DNA of 64,000 nucleotides from Owenia fusiformis (Eukaryota): NCBI GenBank assembly GCA_903813345.2, contig CAIIXF020000001.1, positions 7,254,001 to 7,318,000 of the forward strand, read 5' to 3'. Shown piece by piece: positions 51,086 to 64,000 of this stretch (position 1 is its first letter; each line of letters starts with the position of its first letter). The notes under the pieces were generated by a model. It saw only the letters and a program-made list of their open reading frames with translations, ran no database searches and was not told where the DNA came from. The position numbers and the translations under genes were made by a program.

Positions 51086-52471
51086 AACATTCTCATTGTG
51101 TATGAGCTGAAGCTGAACACATTCCTGTCAATTTGAACTCCCAACCTTCCCAAAAATTCGGGGCCAAAAATTCTTTCAAAATCATGCAGTTTTTCAAAAA
51201 TTGTCAAATGTGAACCACCCTGGAAATCTTTTGGAAGTGAACCCCTTTGGCTGACTACAGGCCTGTGTATACTAGCCTTTTATGAACAAGAGGACCCAAC
51301 TCAAAAGAATTATCCATCAGTAATAGCACATTTCTCTAGGACAATTTTATTGATTTCGACCAAATATCAAACATCCCTGGTATTCTGGAATGTCATACAT
51401 GTCATAATTTCAACTAAACAATAAAATGTATTTATGTAAATCTGAGCTTTTATTTAAAATCTACATTGCATTGTATAGACCAGCTATACATTATGCTGCT
51501 TTGTACATTAGTATATTAAATATTAAAGTATTCTGAAACAACATGGTTGATAGAAAAATATATTTCATACTATAATGCTTTCTAAAATATTCTAGGTCTA
51601 AGTGTGTTTGGGAATTCGATTCTGACTGAGGGTAAAAAGTTGAAGTCATTGATATCCAATGATAAATGATGACTCCTAAACCTAAGAATTAGCATTCCAA
51701 TTTCAACACTTCAAATCAAAGCACTTTTAGTGTCATCTTTATTATGACATATTGGCAATTATTTCTGCATATGATAACAAAACACAAGGTACAGATGTAT
51801 ATACATATATTAAGGTGATGTAAGAACCATTCAATTAATGAGGCAAACATGCAAATGGCTCACTATGAGATTCATTATACATGTATGTTAAAAATACATG
51901 TATCTTCACCATGAAATGCTGTTATCGCAGCTTTCAAAACTACTTTATTATAAACTACATGCAGCAGCAGTGTGTATTAAATAAGAAAATGAGTATTAGC
52001 CAAAGCACCATTGATTATCTATTAAACTGTACAAATTATAAAAAAAATCACATTTCTCCCACTATATAAGAGTGGAATTATATTGGAAGATGCATTAAAA
52101 TATCACATTTTGAGGTAAATGATGCACAACATAGAACAATATATGTAGTTAACAATTGAAATATACTCGTAACACATATGCATTTTTCTGCATTCGTTTT
52201 GTCACTCTAAGTCGCAAGTGGTTTCAATTATCGATGGACCACATCACCCAAGTATAAAGCAAAGCTCCAAAATTGGTCACACTTTAATGCCTGCTCCAAT
52301 GAAGTTTGTAAAAACAAAGTCAATAAATGGGTGGCCTATCTTAAACTATTATTAATGTGCTCATCACAATCTAACCATATGCTTAACTAAATCAGAACAA
52401 ACTTAATTGCACTTGATCGATTTCAATGTCTTCTCTAATCTAATCATTCTATAGGCTCGGTTTATTAATTT

Positions 52472-55400
52472 TCATTTTTCAATTTCATCTCCTGCCTGAT
52501 CATTACTGTTAACTTCAACTTTAATTATCGCATCAATATCTTCAGATTTATTTGACTGATCGATTGTTTTGTCAGGATCCTCATCATTAAAGATAACACT
52601 ATTTTCAAAATGAACATTCCGCTGATTATCCTTCTTGGCATCATTATTATCATCATCATTTTTGGCATCATTGTGGATATCATCATAGTTATCATCATTG
52701 TTGGCATTGTTGATATAACCATCCTCTTCAATGTCATCATCAAAATCATCTGCATTTCCGATGGAGCCTCTTGGAGAACTGCCCCCACTATTTTGGTCTT
52801 CCCCATACAGACTAGAGTTCCTGTCTCCTTCAGGCCCCTGGTATGAACCCCCTGAGCCAGGTGGCCCTCCATTATCACCAATATAATCTGCCGTGTATCT
52901 AGCGTACATGTTGGGGGTCAGAGGTCTGGAGGACATGGGTGAGCCCAACATGGGAGTGTTATCAGGGGCAGGTGTACTTGCATTGTATCTGGAGTTGAAG
53001 TTTATATCTTGTTTCTTGGACAGGAGTGACTCATGAAGACTTTGGTGGGTTCCATGTGTCCTGGAGGAAACCCCTGATTGAGGACGCTCTAAAATTGTCT
53101 CAGGGGGTGCCACTATATGTTGAGTGAATTTAATGTAGCCTAAATTGCCTTGGGGAGTTGTTCCCTTTGTTATACTTGCTGGGGTTTTTATGTCCAGTTT
53201 ATGACCAGATTGGCTAGAAAAAAGTCTACCATTTGTAACTGGAGTGGGTTTACTTCCAGCAGAGCGAACAGTTCTAGTTTTGATCGATCGTGATTTTGGT
53301 TGAACAACCTTAAGGTCAGAATCAGGTCTAAAGAATGTTGTGGCTGTGTGTGGTCTTTGAAGACTGAGTTCTGTAGGTGAGCTAGGGGCTCTCTTATGAT
53401 CTTCATGGTCACACATCGTACAGCTATTATCATGAGGGGTAATGTTAGGAACTGTCTCAACCTTGACTGATGCAGTCTGTTTTTCATCAACCATTGGCAC
53501 TTTAGTTGGGGAGGGTTTATTCACAGCAGGGGTGTTAGCCCTACTGAGCTCTGAGATTCTTTGACTCATAGCAGTCTGACTGCGGAGAATTTCTGCATAC
53601 GCAGCCTCACTATCGGCATCACTTTCTCCACCACTGTCATCACCAGAGTTCAGGGTTAATACTGTGATCCTTCCTGATACTCTGTCCATATTATCGTGAC
53701 CTTTACGACTCTTAGGCCTTTGGATCACTCTGTAACGTTTGCTTGTTTTTTTCTGCGTAATTTTTGGACGAGGTTCATCATCAAGGAGCTTTCTAAATGT
53801 TACTGGGTTGTTTTCACACAGATTCTGAAAGCAAAATTTTCTAGTTTTTAAAATTCAACTTTCCTAGTTCTGGGTAAAATATGCATCTACTCAAGTAAGT
53901 GTTTTTGATGGCTTGCCTAAGTCTCTTTGCAATACTGCCAAATATAATAGCATTGCGACTTACTGGTGTTTTATCTGGTGGCCTGGGTGTAGTGGGTTCA
54001 AGTACTTTAGCATCAGGCCGTGATACCTGGTCCTCCCATGAAACAGGCTCCTTCTCTGACTCAACAAACATGTATTCACTCACATCTATCTCCTCTGGCA
54101 TATATACCAGGTCTTCAAGCTTCTCACTGGAATATACAGGATTAGTGACTAATGACTTCATTAAAAACTGACTACCCAGTCTAATTGAAATCAAAGGATA
54201 AAATATTGATAAAAAATTAATCTGAAAAATGCAATAGCTTATCAAAATCAAGGCTGAATATCTTGCATTAAAAAGTGATTTGGATGTCCAAATATTATAA
54301 TATTTTTGTTACAATTAAATAGCAAACTTGGATAACCTGAACACACTTTGTTCTTAAACTTACTTGTTGTTTTTAGTGCTATAATCCTCCCTTCTGACTT
54401 TGAGATCTGTCTGTTGTACCTTTCCATTCTTGCCTATCCTGATACTGTCTCCTCTCTTCAACTGCTGTGCCACCTTACTACCTGTTACACTCTCAATAGT
54501 GTAGAAGTCATCTGCCTTGTCCATAGCTGTAATGTAAATAATTGAAATTGTTATTTGTTTTCATTTGTTTGACTAACACAGGTGTTTTGAACATAAATGA
54601 ATAAATGAAAAGTAGAATATAAAAAAGTCAGTAATGAACATGTTTTGAGGATTAATGTGGATTCGATATTCTGATATTCATCACATCTTTCTTTCTGTCT
54701 TGCAAGTTGCAACTCCACTTGAGACTCAAGAAGGAAGCATGGAAGGGGATTCCAGCCTCCAGGCTAAATGTAGAGCTTCAAATGACCCAACATCAGATCA
54801 ATAAATATAACACCAAGGTTGACTCACTTGCAAATGCATCCACAATGCCCCTTGATCTCTCAGTCTGTCCACCACCAAAAATCAACCAATGAGTAGCTGG
54901 CGACGCATTCTGTTTTGCCCTGTCTTTAGAACCACGTTTAAACAAGCCATCACTCCAGTCATGATATTCTGGATTCTTTCTGTTCTGAATCTTTTGATGA
55001 GTAGCATTATAGCTGTGACTTGACTCTAACATTGAAGGGTCCATGTTGTATTTGCTAATTGCAACTGAATCAGATATCGAGTCAGACCTGCTCATTGATG
55101 ATTCTACAATAGGAAAACAGAAGTATGAATAAAAGAATTATTTCTTGTCATAATTCTATTTGCATAATATAGTATTTCAAGGTAAATTCGAAATTTACAG
55201 TCAACAAATGTAGAAATAATTGTTAAACTCTTCAAATGTCAATTAGGTACATTACAACCATTTCTATACAATATACTGTATTCTGCTTTATACCATACAC
55301 AACTTACTTTGAGGGGATCTAGGTCTTGGAGTTGTTGGTGTGTTATGTGCATAATTAAAGCTGGAATTCACCCCACTTCCTGGCCTAGGTTTCTTTAGAC

Positions 55401-58400
55401 TACCTGCACTTCCATTGACACGCACTAAAAATAAGAAATCACAAATTGTAACATCAGAAAAACACAACAAGAAATCGAAAATTGTTACATCAAAAGAACC
55501 ACAAAACAATAAATCACAAATTGTAATATCATAAAAATATAAAACAAGAAATCACACATTATAACATCAAGACAACACAAAACAAGAAATCACAAATTGT
55601 AAAATCACGAATTGTAACATCAGATGAACACAAAACAAGAAATCACAAATTTTAACATCAGAAGAATACAAGGAATTAACATGACAAAATGTCACAACCT
55701 AGTTGCTCACAATATTATTGAGAACTTGTAGATGATTTTGAAAAAATGTCACAACCTAGTTGCTCACAATATTATTGAGAACTTGTAGATGATTTTGAAA
55801 AAATGGTTAATTTGACTTTTTTGGACCCTGAGAAGGTCATTGAAGGTGAAATCTCAAATCTAAAGTCAGATTTGAACTTCTGAGAACTTACATAGATGAT
55901 TTATTTAGAAAAAATATTGGTCAATTTGAAGCAAGTTGAAAAATACCTTTTGACCTTTTTTGACCTTGAGAAGGTCAATGAAGGTCAAATCTCAAATTTA
56001 AAGTCAGATTGGAACTTCTGATAACTTGTTGGTGATTCCGAAAAAGAAATTTGGTCAATTTGAAGCAAGTTGAAAAATACCTTTTTGACCTTTTTTGACC
56101 TTGAAAAAAGGTCACTGAAGGTCAAACCTTAAACATAAAGTCAGATTTGAACTTCTGGAAACTTGTAGATGATTTTGAAAAAACTGAAGTCAGTCTAAAC
56201 AGTATTTGTTAGTTATTGGAAGTTTTAAGAATTTGTTACAGACGCCAACCACCAACTGCCGATTGCCGTCAAAAAACGGAGACCATAACAATATGTCACC
56301 ACTTTTCGGTGGTGACATAATAAAAGAAGAAATCACAATATTATAACATCAGGACACCACAAAACAAGAGTTCGCAAATTCTAATATCAGTGGAACACAA
56401 ATCATGAAATCAATAACATCAGAAGAACACAGAACAAGAAATCACAAATCAAAATATCAGGACAACACAAAACAAGATATCACAAATTGTAACATCAGAA
56501 GAACACAATGCAAGAAATCACAAATTGAAACATCTAGACAACACAAAACAAGAAATCACAAATTGTAATATTAGGTCCAGACATGGTTACCTACCAGAGG
56601 AGATTCAAATTGATCGGGCAATGGGTGCTTTTCTATGGCTTTTTATGCCAATAAATGTATTTGTATGATATCTTTTTTACATCATTCATTCTCTAAATGA
56701 GGAAATATTGATGTTTGCCAACAATCTATTACAAACTGATATGGATTGTGAACAGGAATGTTAATTGTTCTGAGGGCCTGTAATAGTTTTATAGCCATTA
56801 ATCTTATCAGAACAAAAACATCCAAGATCAAAATGAATTATTGATTGTACGTATTATGCATCCGTCAAATGCATTATATCTAATATCATTGCTTGATATG
56901 AAATACAAATTGGTACAAATAAATTTCCCTTTATAGTATAAAAGGCAGTATATTCAGGATGCTTCAAACTAGGTTTTATTTCGGTTTTCATTATTCTATT
57001 ATATCCTTAATATTTAGTAATGAAGCAGTATCCACATACTGCACACTTCTCATTCCAATGCAGAGTTGCAAGATGTAGAATGAATGTTTCTAACATTTTA
57101 CACTCTCTAAAAGCTGGATATTAATTACTAAACTACTCACTTTTATCAATTTAAATTACCTTACTTATATTAGTGTGATATTCTTATGTCAATTTATTGA
57201 ACCATGAGACAAAGTAAATTCTTATGATTTTTGTCTTATTTCAGATATCAATATTTATCCCATGACTGGACAAGTTTGGGTTATATCATGCAGGTTTTAA
57301 CATTTTAACAGATGGCACCCCAGCAAGCAGGTAGAATAAAAAAAGAAGTACACTGAACGTACAGGATACAGATCCCTTGAGCAGATATATTATATCTCCC
57401 CCAGGAGAATATATTCTGTATATCCTTCATCAGCATTTCATACATTCAAAGTACTGTACATGTATTTATCATAAATTCAACATGATTTGATGGCTTATCA
57501 GTTTATACCTAAGTAGTTGTGATAACCTTATTTGAACAATGGTTTAGAAACTTAATACCAATTACTTAGAATTTAATTAAGATAAATATAATCAACTCTT
57601 TAGGACCAAAACAAAATCTTGTATGACCACTGACTTACAGAAAGTCCTAATTAAGTGGTTTATGACCACTCACCTGTAGATGATAAAGTAGAACTCATGT
57701 CTCTTGTCCTTGATGTCTTTCCTGATCTCACTCTATTCTTGGAATGACCCAAGACAGCACTTCTGTAAAACAAGTAAATGTGGTGGATAATTCTAAGGAC
57801 TCCATATGAAGGTTTAGGATCCTAATTATGTGTGCACATATATAGTGATCTCATGGGAAAGAGTCAAGTTGCTTACATTTTACCGAAACATATTCTTTAA
57901 AATATCTTAAGATGTCATTCCTTTATTGTCTCAGCCTTATCAAATGTTCTTTATCTTTCAGCTCTACAAGGTGTCATTCATATAGAAAAAGTTTTAATAT
58001 TCCCTTCACCTACCTTGCTCTTTTATAAACAGAGTGCACTTTTCTTTCTTCATCCTTTAATATTTCCATGGCTGATTTAGTTCTATATGGAATAGGATGC
58101 TTCCTCGGTAAGTCTATATCAACAGTCTCTGTAGTCAGAGAAGGTTCCTGAGGGAAAAACTTCTGTTTGACCATCAAGTCACCCAAAGGCCGATTCTGGA
58201 ATTTGAAAGAAAGAAATACAGTAAAACTTCTACAATGATACGCCTTATTTTATTTCATAATCAATCTTTTAAACATAAAAAGCATACGGAAACATATAGT
58301 ACATGTATTTTCATCATTAATATTTTCTTTAGGCAAAAATTCATATTTCAAAATTAGGTTGAGATAGACTACAAATAAAATTGTAGCATTTCGCTAAAAT

Positions 58401-58878
58401 GTTCTCCAATAGTCTAAAAAGTTGAATCATTATAATAAGATTTAAAAATTTGAATAAATGATGAATTAATAACTTTGCCATTGTTACTATCAGCATCATT
58501 TTGAGTGTAGCAAAAATATGTTGATCAACAGATATGGCATTGTATCTCATGCTTTAAAATCTTAATACAAAAGTGCAATGAAAATGTTCCAAAATATAAT
58601 ACTTTCCTACTCTGTGTAATTACAAAAATACCGCTTTAATTTTGACATGATAGCCTATGAATATCAGTTAGTAGATAAATAGAGAAAAAGCATATTTCCA
58701 ATGTCTTAAAATATCACATCTTCCCTCTGGATATACTCAATATCCAAAAATGCCAATCGGATAACTTGCATCAAAGGATATAATTTAAATGTAGACTTCT
58801 TACCCTCTGGTGCTTTTGCAGAATGTCATATGCATGCAAGTTCGAAAACTGCATTGCTTCAATGTACCGCTGCGTCAT
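52472..58878 (-). CDS. Uncharacterised Ser/Pro/Arg-rich, largely low-complexity protein with an acidic C-terminus (~823 aa, 8 coding exons)
   Basis: Phase-consistent GT-AG exons: 58878(ATG; exon begins 58906)-58804, 58195-58014, 57762-57674, 55424-55308, 55103-54828, 54526-54364, 54180-53964, 53824-52472. No domain recognised. The start codon is inferred because the upstream exon is closed in this frame. Confidence 0.75.
55430..56570. repeat. Degenerate ~33-36-bp minisatellite, split by the family C element
   Basis: AACAAGAAATCACAAATTGTAACATCAGAAGAACAC-like units at ~55430-55665 and ~56325-56570. Confidence 0.8.
55668..56320 (-). mobile_element. Family C Helentron/DINE-like element inserted in a minisatellite
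   Basis: Same head, internal units and ATGTCACCACTTTTCGGTGGTGACATAA end. Confidence 0.78.
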
Positions 58879-59319
58879 GCTGATTAACTTGTTAGTTGCC
58901 CGACTCCTACAGCAAAATAATAATCACCTATATCATTGATCTTATTTGCAATTCACTTTCCATAGTGTCAATATTAAAGTAATTTCAATTTGTACACAAT
59001 CTTATTTGTTTCATTGATTTCCCCCTGGAGAATATGGCGATGTTGATCTGTTATTATGATTGTTAAGAAATACAATTATTTACTGAATTACCAGTTAATA
59101 ACACAGCATTGATATCTGATATCTCTTATCCCATTCAAAGGAAATGGAAGATTTATTCAATTATAAAAGTACTGTATAGTCTATGTACTTGATGAATTAA
59201 GATTGGATTTTGGAAAGTGCTTTTAAAATGTGACAAATAATTTTTACATTTTCAACAGGGTCCAGGACCCAGCTACTTCAATGCTACAAAGACCATTGAA
59301 AGCATATCCATCCCAAGAA

Positions 59320-61245
59320 GAGGAGGGAAAGCCCCAGTGCTTAAAGATGACAGACATAATTACGTCTCTTGCATACTACCTTCGTTCGTTCGAATTTTCA
59401 TCGGCTAGTTATCAAATACTACACTTTGATGGGATGTTTTAATTGATATAGGCATATTCCATACACCTTTCTTTATCTTGATGTGAAATGAGAAGCTATG
59501 ATATTGGTTAACACGCCAGAAATGAACATAATATTATTCGAAGCGTATTTCGAAAATTTTGAAACCGCCATTGATGACGTCATTTGTTTATTGACTTTTG
59601 ATTTACATCATTAATGCCAGATTTTGTTAATCAAAAATCATAATTTTGGATTGGCATTTGCAGACAAATATAAATTCAATTTATAGTGACCGTTAGTGTT
59701 AGAAATGCATCATCAGACTGTATGCAAACTGAAAATGTGCACGGTTGGTAACTTTACTGAATCTGTTTTTATCCATTTTCTTATTGGTCAAACCTCCATT
59801 TTGGTACTTGAATCATTACCAATGTTTCTTGCAAATTGTATTTAAGCCCAATCAACAGATTGCAACACAATGTCAATTGACAAAATTGCCAGTGGACACG
59901 TGCCTGGAACCAGGGAGCTAATCAAATTCAGAGCTAGTTTTTGATTTGCTTTTAGAATTTCCAGAACTGCCATTTACAAAATTCCCTTGGTCATGATAAG
60001 ATATAAGAACAGATCAGATAACATATGGATTTCCCGCAAGTATTTTGTATATTCAAATTTCAGATTTAATTAATTCCAGTGAAAATGATTCCACCAGTCA
60101 GTACAATCGCAAAATAAGTACATAATAATAAGTACATATTATAATTATAATAAAAAGTACATGATTATAGCGGGGGATTTGGGACTTCTTTTTGGTAACT
60201 AGATAGGTGAATGTGTGGTGCGACTCAACATGCAAAAAATTAGGTGGTCCTGATTGTGTCTCCTATGGCAACAACCCTCTAATGTAGAGTTCAACAGCAT
60301 TTAATAAAAACATGTTAGATCTAGAATCTAGCCTAAATCTAATATGGCATGATGGTGAACTTTATTGCAACTTTGGGGTAAAAATAAAAGTTCTATCTGC
60401 TATTATAAACCAGAACCGCATTTCTCAATAAAGAAGTAAAAATTAATTGTCTCGAAAAAGATATAATCATTTATGAGACATTTGGTTATGGGACTTTCTT
60501 CAGAAAAAAGTTTTGAAACTTTTTTTTTTAAATATTGAACTTTTTTGAAAGTTTGAAACTTTTTTCATCCCATATTCTTACACATATATAACTCAAAAAC
60601 TTCAATGTTTTACTTACCAAGAAACTTTGATATATCAGGCAAATGATTATTATTGTACTAAATTCATCATGCATTTAAAAAGTGCTTGAACTAAGAAGTT
60701 AAAATAACTCTGAAACGTAAGACACCTGCTACTTTTAAGCGGAAGTAATTATAGTCGCCATAGCATTGAGAAATTCAATTTGAGTTGAAATAACTATTTA
60801 GGCGAAGTAAACTGACCTGACATCTTTTATCAAACAAAATAACATTATTGCGATACATGAACAAAATTGAACATCTACTGCCAACCAGATCATGCCTTGC
60901 TGAACCTTTTAAAATAAAAATAGCTTTTCCAGCAGACTCTGATGCAAAGTTGTAACAAGAGGAGGGAAAGCCCCAGAGTTTCAAGATGACAGACATAATT
61001 ACCTCTCTTGCTTACCACCTTCGTTCGTTTGAATTTTCATCGGCTAGTTATCAAATACTACACTTCGATTGGATGTTATAATTGATATAGGCATATTCCG
61101 TACACCTTTCTTTATCTTGATGTGAAATGAGAAACTATGATATTGGTTAACACGCCAGAAATGAACATAATATTATTCGAAGCGTATTTCGAAAATTTGA
61201 AACCGCCATTGATGACGTCATTTGTTTGTCGACTTTTGACCAATC
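59320..61245 (-). promoter_or_regulatory. Duplicated putative promoter / non-coding first exon of the uncharacterised gene
   Basis: ~280-bp direct repeat (~59320-59600 and ~60960-61240). Each copy has a TGACGTCA (CRE) palindrome, CCGCCATT (YY1-like) and a splice donor (~59379, ~61015). RFX X-box-like GTCTCCTATGGCAAC at 60258-60272. Confidence 0.55.
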
Positions 61246-63795
61246 AGCGACCGTGTCATCTCAATACAGATTTACATTATAAGCGTATGTCATCTTTGAA
61301 CCCTGGTGTTTCTCCCCCTCTGGTTGTAACTTTAATACCAATTAACTTGCTTTTTCTGGCAGATTATTCCCCGTGTATGTTTTCAAATTAGTATCCATCT
61401 TATATGGTACTCGGGGTGGGGGGGGGTACTAATTGTCCTACTTGTACATGGTCTCGATCAATGATACCTACTCCTTACTTATACTTGTACCCGTTTCTCA
61501 GAATAACTTATCAAGTCTAATAAATGTTTTTATGTATATAACACTTGCCATGCATTAACTTGGGTTCAAATTGCCATAGTCATGTATTGACTACTACCTG
61601 AGACTAACATATGATGGTCTCAGCTATTACCTTGGACACTGTCTATGCCTAGTAATATGGGTGACCTATGACATTATTGATTTTAGTTACGAGAAGCTTT
61701 TCTTTCAAGATAAAAAAGTTTGCATGAGGTATAAGATATCAGAAATCACTCCTTCAGGCTCAAATTCTTTTCCATCACCTTCTTTTTACTCCTGTTACAA
61801 TTTTTTACTGCAAACGTCAAGGCTGAGGCCCGGGTATCCATTAAGCTTATAAAAATCAGTCTTATTCTTATACATGTAAGTGATCTTAGTAAAAGATTAT
61901 TATATACATGTATACACCACGCATTAACAACTCAGTACACTAGCAGACTTTTTAAACATTTTTAACGTATTCCTGGGCCTCAGCGTCAAGGTGATCAACT
62001 GCAATAGTAATTTTAGTATTGGCTATAATTTATTTATAGTAGTATCCTATATTGGTAGTTTGTACATCATAAAAAATGTTCAGAGAAATGATTTGAAAAT
62101 CATGATGTAGATGTAGATTATTAAATAATGCAACATGGCAACATGATCCCTTTGAAGATAAAACACCATTGAGATGCTTGTCAAGTTGTTGGCTCCAGTG
62201 AATATGAATGTAATTGAGGTGGTTTTATGTTTCATACTGTTTACTATGATCTTACTGTCATCATTTTAATATCATATTAACAATAAAAAGACACAAAATA
62301 ACTTCTTTTTTTAATAATATGGTTTATTGTAAAGATAATGAATATAAAAGATATACAATTGGTCGGGTAGGAATGGATAACTGTACTTCATAATACAGGG
62401 TTCTAGATTCAAAAATATGTTTTAATTTCATCTAAATTGAAAAGCTACAAGAACTTAGTTTTCAGTTTTAACACCTATCAAGTGAACTTTATGTTCAAAC
62501 TTAAATTGCTCTTTTAAAATCTAAATTATACATTTTTACATTTTATATGAAGTACAGTGTAAATTTTGCATTTGCAAGCTTTGATGGGAATGGAGGTGAT
62601 ACAAAAATAGCTGATATTATGGAACAATCAGACCAATTAATATGAGTGAAATAAGATAATAATTATCATTCACACATAAAATTATAATACCCATTTGTAT
62701 ACCTTCCTCCCTCAATAAAATTATTATTTAATTAAGCAGTATTTAATTGATTAACATTCGGTTTTGTACAAAAGCTATGATGTACTATCATAAAAACCAC
62801 AAAGAGGTGTCTATTTTCTACATCACCCTTTCTATATCAAGACTTATATACAAGTACAGATATACCTATATACAGTAAATCTTAACATATTACACTGCTG
62901 GATTAAAGCATGCACTTTCAGTGGGATCACAAGAAAAATGCAGATTGCAAAAGTAATCTTGAATCTGATGAATGAAGCATTCGAGGAGTGCTATACACAG
63001 GTTAATGATAAGACCTACTAATAATTAGTTTATTTATCGCTCTTGCATTTCTCTTATCTACATGATGCACCTTGCTGAACTAATTAGTAATTTGATTATG
63101 CAAATGTTATGCAATACAAGCTTTATAGGAACTACAAGAAAGCGTAATATTCCATCCCGTAACCTAAAAGTATTAAACTAAATACACAAAGTACTGTTAT
63201 AGAGTACTCTCATAATATCAAGCCAATAAAGATAGGCCAATTTCACAGAATCAGAATGACTTGGACTTTGAAATCACAGCTTTGAATTAAGTGATTGTTT
63301 ATGATTCTGTATATTCTTTTCTCAGTGAGACGATGTCTATGTGTATTTCTCTCTCAGCAACTATGTCATTTTACATGCATTCCTAACTTTCTATATATAA
63401 ACCCTGTCAACTGATAGACATCTAGCCAAGTAAACAGGAGTAGTCATTGTAACATATCATATTTATACAGTATAGTACAATTACATGATTAATCTCAGTC
63501 AGTTGTGAATACTACCAGTACCAGAGTTCATGTATTCTCCATGCTCAGAAGGGGATCTATTTTTTCAGCACACTCTGAACTTATAATATGATTCTAAAAC
63601 ACTGTATAGTTATGTACAATGTTGGTTTTAGACCTGCCAAGAATTGCCAATAGCAGCTTGGTTGAACTAACTAAAAATAGACCCCGTAGCATGATGTTAT
63701 GCTCAGAAGCAATGTGATGCTTCAAGATATATTACTTGGCTATTGTCCAGGAGTTGAACATTCCTGTCATATCATTGCTACTATGTCCATGATTT

Positions 63796-63915
63796 TTACA
63801 AAGTTGGGGCTTGGTCTTCATCTTTTTCTTTCTTTCCGTGTTTGAGGATTCTTGTGAATTCAATGTAGTTGAAGTTACCTTTGTTAATTGGTGCCTCCCT
63901 GAACATATCATCAAC
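63796..63915 (-). CDS. Last coding exon of a myosin regulatory light chain (MYL9/MYL12/sqh-like); rest of the gene lies beyond the right edge
   Basis: After a TTGCAG acceptor: [39 protein letters not shown], matching the C-terminus of non-muscle RLC ([24 protein letters not shown]). Candidate polyA signal on the minus strand at 62323-62328. Confidence 0.9.
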   Translation of the reverse strand, partial: VDDMFREAPINKGNFNYIEFTRILKHGKKEKDEDQAPTL

Positions 63916-64000
63916 CTGCAAGAATGTTTCAGAAATGTAGCTTCAAGCAAGAAATTAAGAAAGGATAGGTATCGATATGGAGAACTGAATTCAACAATGT

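Noticed and set aside
52525-53490. Alternative-frame ORFs (118, 78 and 100 aa) overlapping the large terminal exon
   Set aside because: Shadow frames of low-complexity Asp/Asn-rich coding sequence.
63732-63950. 72-aa ORF from the track
   Set aside because: Wrong frame; the real coding frame is the myosin light chain exon at 63796-63915.

Overview
AT-rich, intron-rich animal genomic DNA; the repeat content suggests a marine invertebrate such as a mollusc (inference only). Contents: (1) A complete 27-exon P5B-type ATPase gene (ATP13A2/3-like, minus strand, 10445-41179, ~1307 aa). (2) A decayed partial tandem duplicate of that gene at 1-~7845. (3) A small two-coding-exon gene on the + strand, missed by the ORF track and nested in the intron that splits the ATPase DK|TGT motif; it encodes a signal peptide, one EGF domain and a C-terminal Cys-Cys. 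It is intact in both the functional gene and the dead duplicate, and its mature region has diverged far faster than the flanking DNA. (4) Two tandem, intron-containing L-rhamnose mutarotase (RhaM-family) genes. (5) An uncharacterised ~823-aa low-complexity gene with a duplicated first exon/promoter. (6) The last exon of a myosin regulatory light chain gene. Introns contain many Helentron/DINE-like elements with internal tandem repeats, MITEs, LINE remnants and a SINE. All exon coordinates and difference counts were made by hand from the sequence.
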